64,000 nucleotides of DNA from an uncultured Eubacteriales bacterium (GCA_948543815.1 CAOVHW010000001.1:9186-73185), one strand, 5' to 3'; positions 26,195 to 35,320 are shown, counted from the stretch's first letter. A program made the numbers and translations. The notes: generated by a model not told the origin, from the letters alone.

Positions 26195-28696
26195 TTATAT
26201 TACCTCTTGAATCATTTCATTATTTTGCATCGGTGGAATTCCATTTTGTTGATTATTTTCATGATTTTGAATTTGCATATTTTGTTGTTCTTGTACTTTT
26301 TGAACATCATTTAAATTTGGAACTAGATCATGATTTTCAACAATTACTCTATTTGATTTTTGTTTTTTATTTTTATGATTAAAAGCAAAAGTAGAAAAAC
26401 TAGCCAAACCAGTGATAGATAAACCTACTGCTACTCCCAATCCAATTCCAAAAGGTATAACGGATGCAACAAAAGTTAAAATCGCAATAGTAACTGCAGC
26501 TACTATCAAAGTAATACCTGTTATAGTAAAAGTCAAATTACAAGCTTTGTCAAAAGATTTCTCTTCATTTTGTTCAGAAATAGAAATATTTTCTTTAAAA
26601 GATTCAATTCGCATTTCTAAGGCTTCAGGATCGTTTCTAACTCCCCGCCTAATATTATCGAAAAAAGGTTTATATCTATTTCTTAATAAAATTTTTTTAC
26701 GAACACAAAAACCTTTTGCAATAAAACTAACTGCACTAGCCGCAAAGAAACTTACTAGTGAACTCAAACCAATAGCTAAAGGTATAAAAGGTACAGCAAA
26801 AGTTAAAACGGTAATAGCAATAGAAATTAATGTAAAAGCGGTACTCATTATAGTAAATGCTAAGTTATAAGATCTATTTAAAAAATTTTCTTTCAAAATT
26901 TCTAATATACATTTAGGAATTTTTTTCTTTTTTCTACTTGCATAATTTAAAAAAATATCATACCCATATTTTACATAATCCAAAAAGCTGTCACAGATAT
27001 CAGTTATCAATGAATAATTACTAAAATAATGATATTTTTCTTCCGCAGCTGACGCTAACAATAATTTAAAATATAACTTTGTCTTTTCTATATTTTGTGC
27101 ATCATCACCTATTTCACAACTTATAATAAAATCAAACATTTTTTTAAGCGTTAAATTTTCAAGATAATGTACTCTTGATAAAAAAACAAAAAACATTTTT
27201 TGCAAGATTTCAAAATTTGCACCTTTTTTCTCTATAAAAATATCAAGTAAATATTTAAACTCTTCTTCTTGATATAAATGATTAAGATTTTCATAGCTCA
27301 TATTCGGCAAATTTTCATAAATTATTTCTTTAGTAACATCATTTTTATTTTCAAATAAATACTCAAAAAATTCACTTCTCTCTGATGCTTTTTTCGCCAA
27401 GAGTTTTATATCACTTCTTTCAAAATTTATACAAATAAATTCAAAAAGAGGTCCCAACCAAACTCGATTATAACGATAATAATCTTCACCATGAATATAA
27501 TAACTTTTCTCATTAATAAAAGAAAAATCAATATAATCTTTATATATAATCATTTTTTCAAAAAATTTATGATTAAAAATATTCCGGCATGCGTCTAAAC
27601 TATGACGTTCAATATAAGCAAAAATTGAATGATTTTTTATTGAAAACAAATTAAAAAGCTCTTTTACAAAATCTCCTGGCAAATTATCATTATTTTTAAA
27701 ATACTCAATTAGCTCAATAGCTTTTCCGACATTAAACCAAGCAAAACATTTAATATCAATAAATTGATACCACTCAATAATTTTTCTACACGTTACCTTA
27801 TCTATAATCGATGGTCTAATAATTAATTTTTTAAAAGTTTCTTGTTTCACTTCTCCAGAATAATTATTATTCGGATTTTGTACGTATGCCATACAAGCTA
27901 AAATTTTTTCGTCATTTAACCACGACAGTTGCTCACTGCTAAAATAATTTATATAGTTAATTATTTTTTTTGGTTCCCATTGATTTAACTCATCCTTTGA
28001 AACATTAACAGAAGTCCGACCAGTTTCATATTTATAAGCTTTAACTTCATCCGGCCAATTTTCATAAATTTCTTCAAGGTCAGGAGATAAAATTAATTCT
28101 TCACCTACAACAATTTTATAAGCTGTCTTAAAATCAACTAAAATTACAGAGCCTAATTTTTCATCACCTAAACTCAAAAGTTGTTTTTGAGGCTTTAATA
28201 AATTACTCTGTGTAACGTGAAAATTTTCCACATTTTGTCTTGCTTCTTCGGAATATAAAAAATCATACAAATTCTTTATTATAGTTTTTATTTCTCCATA
28301 ATCGTTTTGATTAACAAAATCTTGACAAATAAATTTTATGGAAAAATCTAATATTTGCTCCGGATTTGATACTTTTTTATTTTTAGCAAGCAATGCAAAT
28401 TCAGTTTTTGCGAATTCTTCAGGCATTTTTTGAAAAATTTCTCTTAAATCTATAATTTTTATAATAATAGCTTTTCTGGCTTGAGGAAATAAATTTAAAC
28501 AATGTATCATACATGCAAAAAAAATACATTGAAAATAATGAACATGAAAAAAAGAATCGCTTAACATATCATTATTTACGATTATGTCTTTATATATTTC
28601 TGGTTGAAAATATCTTTTTTCTTTATTAATCTCGTCGAGAAACCAATATCTTATATCAGAAACATAAGCTTCTTTACCATCTTGCAGAGAGTTCAT
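26195..28696 (-). CDS. Locus B gene 3: paralogue of residues ~260-end of the giant protein, with two bilobed TM hairpins (833 aa as an ATG-initiated ORF)
   Basis: It aligns with the giant protein (DSFFHVHYFQCIFFACMIHCL vs DSFATIHYFQCIVTACIMHFL; DEKILACMAYVQNPNNNYS vs DKILQCIFYVLKPERNYT). There is no SD in front of ATG 28696. The frame stays open upstream to 28771, overlapping the end of the 239 aa ORF in the -1 frame. Confidence 0.8.
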   Translation of the reverse strand: MNSLQDGKEAYVSDIRYWFLDEINKEKRYFQPEIYKDIIVNNDMLSDSFFHVHYFQCIFFACMIHCLNLFPQARKAIIIKIIDLREIFQKMPEEFAKTEFALLAKNKKVSNPEQILDFSIKFICQDFVNQNDYGEIKTIIKNLYDFLYSEEARQNVENFHVTQSNLLKPQKQLLSLGDEKLGSVILVDFKTAYKIVVGEELILSPDLEEIYENWPDEVKAYKYETGRTSVNVSKDELNQWEPKKIINYINYFSSEQLSWLNDEKILACMAYVQNPNNNYSGEVKQETFKKLIIRPSIIDKVTCRKIIEWYQFIDIKCFAWFNVGKAIELIEYFKNNDNLPGDFVKELFNLFSIKNHSIFAYIERHSLDACRNIFNHKFFEKMIIYKDYIDFSFINEKSYYIHGEDYYRYNRVWLGPLFEFICINFERSDIKLLAKKASERSEFFEYLFENKNDVTKEIIYENLPNMSYENLNHLYQEEEFKYLLDIFIEKKGANFEILQKMFFVFLSRVHYLENLTLKKMFDFIISCEIGDDAQNIEKTKLYFKLLLASAAEEKYHYFSNYSLITDICDSFLDYVKYGYDIFLNYASRKKKKIPKCILEILKENFLNRSYNLAFTIMSTAFTLISIAITVLTFAVPFIPLAIGLSSLVSFFAASAVSFIAKGFCVRKKILLRNRYKPFFDNIRRGVRNDPEALEMRIESFKENISISEQNEEKSFDKACNLTFTITGITLIVAAVTIAILTFVASVIPFGIGLGVAVGLSITGLASFSTFAFNHKNKKQKSNRVIVENHDLVPNLNDVQKVQEQQNMQIQNHENNQQNGIPPMQNNEMIQEVI
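26381..26536 (-). other. Second bilobed hydrophobic hairpin of the 833 aa protein
   Basis: LTFTITGITLIVAAVTIAILTFVASVIPFGIGLGVAVGLSITGLASFSTFAF is followed by NHKNKKQK and a Q/N-rich tail. Confidence 0.7.
26720..26863 (-). other. First bilobed hydrophobic hairpin of the 833 aa protein
   Basis: LAFTIMSTAFTLISIAITVLTFAVPFIPLAIGLSSLVSFFAASAVSFI is followed by a basic patch (AKGFCVRKKILLRNRYK). Confidence 0.7.
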
Positions 28697-28740
28697 GGAA
28701 TCTTCTGAAAATTTTTTGGCAGCATTTACTATACATCTTT

Positions 28741-29454
28741 TTAAACTTTCTTTTTTATGTAAGGAAATTTTTCACTCAAAGCATTTAATATTTTGTCATC
28801 AATTTTAAGTTTAAATGTTTTATTTTCAATAAAAATAAATTCATTCAATAAATCCAAATTTAAAAAATCAATATCATTTTCTGTAATCGTTTCATTGCAT
28901 TGTGTTAAAAATGTCTGCGTATTCTTTGCAATATTTATTAATAAATCACCTTTAATTTTATTCAATAAAACTGGTAATCCTGCATTTAGCGGAAGATTAT
29001 AAAATTGATATTGCTTTTCATTTTCATAAAATTCAATTCCATCCCAAAACATTTTGAAAAGATTATTTTCTGAATTTCTATTAACACTATAATAATCACT
29101 ATCACCATAACCAACAGCATTTATATCAAATGTCTCACATTGTAAAAAATCCGTAGGTCTTATTTTTTTCCTGCCAATAACATTACCTAATTTATCAAGA
29201 AATTCTCTCAAAACACTTTTAGAAATTCCTGAAATTTCAGATACTTCATCAATTTGATTGCTAATATAAATATGGTAAATTTCTAACGCTCTATATGTTT
29301 GACATGTATTTAAAACTGAAACAAAAAGTCCAGTAGTTATTTGAACTACAGAAGTTACTGCAACTGTCAACATTGGCTTCCCCGAAGAGTCAATAATATA
29401 TTTTGATGTAATTGTCTCACGATTAATTATACTTTCATCTATATTTTCGTTCAC
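28741..29454 (-). CDS. Locus B gene 2: paralogue of the N-terminal ~250 aa of the giant protein (237-239 aa)
   Basis: Shared motifs are VSVLNTCQT vs VSNLNTCQT, LREFLDKLG vs LRECLEKLG, and MFWDGIEF vs NFWEFLNK. AGGAGG RBS. The GTG at 29454 has better spacing than the TTG at 29460. Confidence 0.8.
   Translation of the reverse strand: MNENIDESIINRETITSKYIIDSSGKPMLTVAVTSVVQITTGLFVSVLNTCQTYRALEIYHIYISNQIDEVSEISGISKSVLREFLDKLGNVIGRKKIRPTDFLQCETFDINAVGYGDSDYYSVNRNSENNLFKMFWDGIEFYENEKQYQFYNLPLNAGLPVLLNKIKGDLLINIAKNTQTFLTQCNETITENDIDFLNLDLLNEFIFIENKTFKLKIDDKILNALSEKFPYIKKKV
28750..28756 (-). other. A_AAA_AAG heptamer in the zero frame of the 239 aa ORF; candidate -1 frameshift or slippage site joining it to the 833 aa ORF
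   Basis: The - strand reads tac atA AAA AAG aaa gtt taa. The -1 frame reads ..AAA AAA gaa agt tta aaa aga ... tcc ATG aac, which is the 833 aa frame. Confidence 0.45.
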
Positions 29455-29534
29455 AATCAAATCCTCCTTTACAACGTAATCTATTGTATATAATTTTATT
29501 ATACTAAAAATTTCATTAAAATAAAAGAAATTTA

Positions 29535-32500
29535 TTACATTTCTTTTTGACTTAAACTATTTTCAGATTCCGGTCTATCTGTTTGTGCAAAATTTTTGAT
29601 ACGTTCTTTAATTGGTTTGCGCCAACCATATAAAACTTTTTCAGTTTTTGTATAAGTTTCTGGATCTCTTTTCATTAATTCATCATTTTTTCCTTTATCA
29701 AAAAATTTTGAAGCTAAACCAGTGCTTACTGCTCCAATAACAAATAATGCTACAGCTATACCTAATCCAATTCCAAAAGATAAAAAACCAAGTAAAGCTA
29801 AAGGCAATAGTGTAATTGAAGCTGAAACTGCAGCAATTCCTGAACTTATAAACGCTATATTACGTTTTTTGTGCAATGATTTTTCTTCTGTGTTTTCATT
29901 TTCCATTGCTACTGTTTCATTTTTACCTTCAATTTTTACATTGCTTTTATCTTCAGCTTTTCGCTTTTTCTCTTCTTCCTCATCTTTTGCTTCCATTTTT
30001 ACTTCTGATTTTACAGTTTTTTCAGTAACTTCAGATTTTTTCTTTGTTTCTATTTTTTCATCTAAATTTTTTAATAACAAATTAACATTATTTCCAAATT
30101 TTTCTATTAACGTTCTAATTTCTTCTTCTGATATAAACGACCTATATCTAACAAATAATGAATTTAATACGCTTTCTTGATTAGGCAACTTTAACAATAT
30201 TTCATTAAATCTTTTATCACTAACTGCTCGTATAACAGCACAGCTATTACTTTCAAAAGCATCTATTAAGATTTCATCAGATAAATCATCAACATATTTA
30301 TTAAAGTAGCTTATTATAATATTTAAATTATCAGGTTTAGAATTAACCAAATTTATAAAACTATCTTTACTAATCAAATTTTTTATATTTTCATTTTTAA
30401 ATTTGCATAATTTTAATAAATTATCATTATTAACTTTACTATTAATATAAGCAATCAAATTTGCTTTAAAGTTTTCATTTTGTAGCATATCAACTATTAA
30501 ATTTTCATATTCATTCAATATTTCTATAAAATCATCATCATTTGAAATATTATTAGGGAAAATAGACATAAGCTTATTTTTATAATTTTCATCTAAAATT
30601 GATAATTTCAACATTGCTTCTACTGGTAATTTTGTAAATTCTGAAGATATTACTTCATTTATTGCCTTAACAAAACTATTTTCACTTGAGTTGTCTTTTA
30701 CATATTCTATCGTTTTAAGTACATAATTACTATCCAGTAAAAAATTTTTTAATAAAGTTTTTGTTTTTGTTTTTTCTGCATCTTTGTCAAAATCAAAATA
30801 AAGTTTTGTTGCAAAAATTCTTGACTCAAAATCAAGATTATAAAAAGATTTGTTCTCAAATAATTTTTTTTCTATAAGAATTAAAAAAAATGATTTTATG
30901 TTCTCTGGCATATTATCAACTGAATAATTTTTTTGGCCAAATCTCATTAATAGTGAAAATTTACTGTCCTTTATCTTCGGAGCTATAACATTTAACAGCT
31001 CTTCATCTTTTACCATTAAATCTAACAAAATTTCATTGTTATTTATCTCATTTATAAAATCTGGACTATTTTTTAATATTTTCTGCAAAATTTTAATACC
31101 GTTATCATCTTTTTTACCATATACGAAATTCACTAAATCATTAAAGTGCATAAATTTTCCATCAATTAAATCAAAAAAATAATCAAACCTAGCATAAATT
31201 TGTTCTATTAGTACATAATTTATTGCTTGCGGTACAATTTTTAATATATATTTGGGCACCTTTGATACTTTCTCAGCAATATATTTTAAGAAATCAACAT
31301 TTTTTGCACTATTTTGGCATAAATCATTAAAATATAATTTTAAACGTTCTTGTTTTTCAAAATCATTCTCATTTATTTTGCAATATATTATAAGGTCAAA
31401 AATTTGTTTCGGTTGCATAGTTTTAAACAAATCTCTATTAAAATAAGCAGTAGCAAATACTTTTTTTAACCATTCGAATCCTATACTTTTTTTATCTAAA
31501 AAATAATTTATTAAGTCTGTAAATTTTCCTACGTTTAAATATTTTAATATTCTAGCTCCAATATAATTATAATTAGTTTCAATTTCTTCCGGCGTAAAAT
31601 ATAAAATGAATTCAGGATAATATCTTATTTTTTTCATTAAAATTGATTTTGCTAAACCAGTATCTTGATGAGTTTTATTTTCTCTTATAAACGTAATTAA
31701 TTCTCTAACTTTTTCATTCGGAAATTTTGAAATAGAACCTTCATCAACGTCTCTAAAAAACTCTAAAATATTTTTTATTTGAGCACAATTTAAAACTTTA
31801 TCACAATATAAATTCAAAAAAGGACCTCTTACTAAGCTTTGAACATTATCATTTTCTATATTACGACCAAGATAATTCAAAAAATTATTTAATAAAATAT
31901 CATTATCACCGCCACCAATCATTGATCTAAAACAATCATAACGACGCTCAAAAAATTTATCAAATTCTATAACATTCTGAAATTCTACTATTTTTGCAAA
32001 AAATTCTTCATCTCTTATAAAATTTTGCTTTACTGTATTATTATTTGTCAACAATTTAAAAACTTTTTCAGAAAGGCTAATTGGAACATTATTTCCATGT
32101 TTAATATAATTTACTAAATTAATAAGTTTATTATTATCTATATTGCAATGATTAATATCAATGTAGTCAAATAATTCAACAATTTGCTGCGCTGTTAAAG
32201 AATTAATTATATTAGAGTTAAGATTAACAAAAACTCTAAGCAAATCATTTTTTCTTTCAGCAGTATAATTTCTTTCTGGCTTTAGCACATAAAAAATACA
32301 TTGCAAAATTTTATCTGTTTTCAATGAATTTAATTGTGCAGATCTTAATAACGCAATATGCTCAACTAAATCTTCAACTGATACATTATTTATTTCTTGT
32401 CCTCTTAAACGATCTATTGTAACTTCATAATCAAATAATTCTGGATTAGAAGTATCAAAATTTGTGTAAGCATCCATAACTTCTTGTGATAAATTTAATT

Positions 32501-33905
32501 TTCTACCTGTAACAACTTCATATAATATTGGTAAAGGAACTTTTACTTCACCATTTTTCTCTATAAATAAATCTTTTGAATTTAAAAAAGTAAATTGCGT
32601 AGTATGATAATTAGTACCTGATACTACTTGTCGTGCTTCATTTGAAAATAGATCAGCATATATATTTGTTGTTGTATTTAATATTTTTTCTAAAACATTT
32701 TCTGAAATATCATCGCCACAAAATTTTTTTATAATAAACTTTACTTTTTCAGCAGGCGATAAAATTAAAGCATGTTCTGCAACTTTGAAATCATCTGAAG
32801 CTTTGAAATCATCTAATGTCATTTTTTCAAAATCACTTCTAACTTTTATAATTCTATCAATTATATTCTTTCTTGTATTAACATCTGCATCCACACTTAA
32901 AAAATGCATAATACACGCCGTGACAATACATTGAAAATAATGAATCGTAGCAAAAGAATCATTTAAAAGACCATTTTGGCTTATTTCTATTGGTTTATAA
33001 ATTTCTTCTGAAAAAAATTTATCTTTATTAAAACTATCTACAAGCGAACTAGATATCAAGTCTATATAATCTTCTATTTCTCTGCAATAATATACAAAAG
33101 CAGATACCGCGTCTTTCGTTTTATTGTTTTTAAGATGTTGCAAAATTTTTTGTGGACTAATTCGATGCGAAAGATTTTCACATAACTTATCATATATAAG
33201 TTGGCCTGTTTCATTTAATTCACCTTCCGCATCATAAATTGTAAATTCATCATCGTCATTTTTACTACCTTTACATTTTTCAATAAAAACATCTTGTTTT
33301 AAAAATTCAAAATCTGTAACTTCATAAGGTTTTTCACCTTTATTTAAAAATTCCCAAAAATTTTTTGCTAAATTTACTGTTTCTGGTTCATCCTTATCAT
33401 GTAATATGGTTTTTAAGCTATATCCTGCACTTTCACTAGAATTATCGCCCCAAATACTCATCTCATATCCAGTGTCATTAGTAAATAACCATAAAAAATT
33501 TATTTCATCGTCTCGAAGGACATCCACAAAATCTTTATCACCAAATCCATTATAATTCATGTATCTAACTGCACATTCTTTCCCCAATTTTTCTAAACAT
33601 TCTCTTAATAAAATCATCGGATTTTTTCTGTCTCTATTAAATTGACTTATGAAATAATTTAAATCGTTTTCTGAGATATCTGTTTGCCTTAAAGCATCAA
33701 TAATTCTATCTCTATTTACATTAAAAGAGTTAATACCTCTATCTTTCGCAGCATTTGTTTGGCATGTATTTAAATTTGAAACAGAATTATCATCATCTAT
33801 TGGTGTTACTGAAGTTAATGGTAAAAAATATAATGGAATTTCCCCATTTTTTCCACCTTTATAAATATCTTTATGACTAAAATGAAACTGCACTCCTCGA
33901 TTCAT
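29535..33905 (-). CDS. Locus B gene 1: giant (~1456 aa) helical-repeat protein with an acidic/lysine-rich spacer and a C-terminal bilobed TM hairpin
   Basis: The ORF is uninterrupted. The AAGGAG RBS is 8 nt from the ATG at 33905; the track's GTG at 33914 lies inside the RBS. There is no signal peptide. The hairpin is at nt 29709-29858. Confidence 0.9.
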   Translation of the reverse strand: MNRGVQFHFSHKDIYKGGKNGEIPLYFLPLTSVTPIDDDNSVSNLNTCQTNAAKDRGINSFNVNRDRIIDALRQTDISENDLNYFISQFNRDRKNPMILLRECLEKLGKECAVRYMNYNGFGDKDFVDVLRDDEINFLWLFTNDTGYEMSIWGDNSSESAGYSLKTILHDKDEPETVNLAKNFWEFLNKGEKPYEVTDFEFLKQDVFIEKCKGSKNDDDEFTIYDAEGELNETGQLIYDKLCENLSHRISPQKILQHLKNNKTKDAVSAFVYYCREIEDYIDLISSSLVDSFNKDKFFSEEIYKPIEISQNGLLNDSFATIHYFQCIVTACIMHFLSVDADVNTRKNIIDRIIKVRSDFEKMTLDDFKASDDFKVAEHALILSPAEKVKFIIKKFCGDDISENVLEKILNTTTNIYADLFSNEARQVVSGTNYHTTQFTFLNSKDLFIEKNGEVKVPLPILYEVVTGRKLNLSQEVMDAYTNFDTSNPELFDYEVTIDRLRGQEINNVSVEDLVEHIALLRSAQLNSLKTDKILQCIFYVLKPERNYTAERKNDLLRVFVNLNSNIINSLTAQQIVELFDYIDINHCNIDNNKLINLVNYIKHGNNVPISLSEKVFKLLTNNNTVKQNFIRDEEFFAKIVEFQNVIEFDKFFERRYDCFRSMIGGGDNDILLNNFLNYLGRNIENDNVQSLVRGPFLNLYCDKVLNCAQIKNILEFFRDVDEGSISKFPNEKVRELITFIRENKTHQDTGLAKSILMKKIRYYPEFILYFTPEEIETNYNYIGARILKYLNVGKFTDLINYFLDKKSIGFEWLKKVFATAYFNRDLFKTMQPKQIFDLIIYCKINENDFEKQERLKLYFNDLCQNSAKNVDFLKYIAEKVSKVPKYILKIVPQAINYVLIEQIYARFDYFFDLIDGKFMHFNDLVNFVYGKKDDNGIKILQKILKNSPDFINEINNNEILLDLMVKDEELLNVIAPKIKDSKFSLLMRFGQKNYSVDNMPENIKSFFLILIEKKLFENKSFYNLDFESRIFATKLYFDFDKDAEKTKTKTLLKNFLLDSNYVLKTIEYVKDNSSENSFVKAINEVISSEFTKLPVEAMLKLSILDENYKNKLMSIFPNNISNDDDFIEILNEYENLIVDMLQNENFKANLIAYINSKVNNDNLLKLCKFKNENIKNLISKDSFINLVNSKPDNLNIIISYFNKYVDDLSDEILIDAFESNSCAVIRAVSDKRFNEILLKLPNQESVLNSLFVRYRSFISEEEIRTLIEKFGNNVNLLLKNLDEKIETKKKSEVTEKTVKSEVKMEAKDEEEEKKRKAEDKSNVKIEGKNETVAMENENTEEKSLHKKRNIAFISSGIAAVSASITLLPLALLGFLSFGIGLGIAVALFVIGAVSTGLASKFFDKGKNDELMKRDPETYTKTEKVLYGWRKPIKERIKNFAQTDRPESENSLSQKEM
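29709..29858 (-). other. Bilobed hydrophobic hairpin of the giant protein
   Basis: IAFISSGIAAVSASITLLPLALLGFLSFGIGLGIAVALFVIGAVSTGLAS is preceded by an E/K-rich low-complexity block and followed by a 57 aa charged tail. Confidence 0.7.
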
Positions 33906-34011
33906 AAAAATCACTCCTTCGATTTTTATTTACTTCAATAATTTTATTATACATTATTTCAACGAAAAATTAAATCATAAATTAAAAAAATTTTTGTATG
34001 TAAAAAAGGTA

Positions 34012-34041
34012 TAAAAAAAATCCACATATGTGGATTTTTTT
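34012..34041. terminator. Bidirectional terminator downstream of frr
   Basis: The perfect palindrome atccacatatgtggat lies between an A8 run and a T7 run. Confidence 0.8.
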
Positions 34042-34046
34042 AATAG

Positions 34047-34598
34047 TTAAACCGTCATAATTTCTTTATTTTTATCATCAGTTAATTGATCGATTTGCGC
34101 AATATATTTATCAGTAAGCTTTTGAATTTTATTTTCACAGCCTGCCAAATCATCTTCGGTAATTTCATTTTGCTTATGCAACTTTTTAAAATTGTCAATC
34201 GCATCACGACGAATATTTCTTACAGCAATTTTACAGTCTTCGCTTTTCTTTTTTACATCTTTTGTCAAAGATTTTCTACGTTCTTCAGTAAGCGGCGGCA
34301 ATGTTAAGCGTAAAACTTTTCCGTCATTCGTTGGATTTATTCCCAAATCTGAAGCCTGTATCGATTTCTCAATTAGCTTTAACATATTTAAATCCCACGG
34401 CTGAATAACAATCATACGCGCTTCAGGAATAGTTATATTTGCAACTTGATTAAGCGGCGAATCGGCGCCGTAATACTCAACAGTAATTTTGTCAAGCATA
34501 TGTGGATTGGCACGCCCGGCACGAATCGAATTCAATTCTTCCTTAAAATTTTGTATAGATTTTTGCATATTCGTCTCATAAACAGAGATATCAGGCAT
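34047..34598 (-). CDS. frr: Ribosome recycling factor
   Basis: The sequence MPDISVYETNMQKSIQNFKEELNSIRAGRANPHMLDKI... is typical of Frr. An AGGAGG RBS precedes the ATG at 34598; the track's 34706 start is an artefactual extension into pyrH. Confidence 0.95.
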   Translation of the reverse strand: MPDISVYETNMQKSIQNFKEELNSIRAGRANPHMLDKITVEYYGADSPLNQVANITIPEARMIVIQPWDLNMLKLIEKSIQASDLGINPTNDGKVLRLTLPPLTEERRKSLTKDVKKKSEDCKIAVRNIRRDAIDNFKKLHKQNEITEDDLAGCENKIQKLTDKYIAQIDQLTDDKNKEIMTV

Positions 34599-35319
34599 AA
34601 AATTCCTCCTCAATATTATTTGACACAAGCGTTCCAAACTCAAAAATTTTTTCATTATCCAAAACAGCAGTTTCAATACTATTTTTATGCTGCAACGCAA
34701 AAACAATGGATGGAATCGCGCGCGATAGATTCATCGCAGAAATATCGATTGCTGACAAATTATCTTGAATTATTTTTTGGTAAGAAATTTTTTTATATTT
34801 TTTAGCGGATGGATTTAATTTTGGATCGCTGTCATATATTCCATCAACATTTTTCGCATAAAGTATACAATCGGCTTCGAGTTCAGCCGCCCGCAACGCC
34901 GTTATGGTATCAGTCGAAAAAAATGGATGACCGATACCGCCACCAAAAATCAAAACATTTCCATTGTTCATATTTTTCAACGCTGATTCTTTAGAAAATT
35001 GTTTTGTCATCATCCCGACAATAAACGGTGTCATAATTTTATTTTTAATGTCGTGTTGATTGAACGCATCAGAAAGATACAACGCATTCATAACCGTTGC
35101 AAGCATTCCAATTTGGTCAGCTTTAACCTTGTCCATACGCGGATTGGCACTGCGGCCACGCCAAAAATTTCCGCCGCCGACAACAATTCCTATCTGAATT
35201 TGCTTTTGTAAAATATTTTTGAACTGCCTTGCCAAATCGGAAATAATTTCATCGTCAAATTTATTATTCACGCCGGCCAACGACTCGCCACTTAATTTTA
35301 TTATCACGCGCTTGTACAT
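34591..35319 (-). CDS. pyrH: UMP kinase
   Basis: It has KRVIIKLSGESL, VVGGGNFWRG and GHPFFSTDT motifs. 242 aa. Confidence 0.95.
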   Translation of the reverse strand: MYKRVIIKLSGESLAGVNNKFDDEIISDLARQFKNILQKQIQIGIVVGGGNFWRGRSANPRMDKVKADQIGMLATVMNALYLSDAFNQHDIKNKIMTPFIVGMMTKQFSKESALKNMNNGNVLIFGGGIGHPFFSTDTITALRAAELEADCILYAKNVDGIYDSDPKLNPSAKKYKKISYQKIIQDNLSAIDISAMNLSRAIPSIVFALQHKNSIETAVLDNEKIFEFGTLVSNNIEEEFYA

Positions 35320-35320
35320 T

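Noticed and set aside
26412-26870. 152 aa + strand ORF antisense to the 833 aa gene. A similar 152 aa ORF lies at 29722-30180, antisense to the giant gene.
   Set aside because: Both lie exactly opposite the Gly/Ala/Ile-rich hairpin-coding segments. Their translations (runs of P, I, K, A, T) are the mirror image of those codons. Neither has an RBS, and both sit entirely within long, well-supported genes.
34599-34706. N-terminal extensions suggested by the ORF track. Examples are frr from 34706, hydG from 42549, the symporter from 46648, spoIIID from 40400, rubrerythrin from 20122, and the 58484 gene from 58861.
   Set aside because: In each case an internal ATG with a well-spaced GGAGG-type RBS coincides with the conserved N-terminus of the family. 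The extension overlaps the upstream gene or has junk composition.
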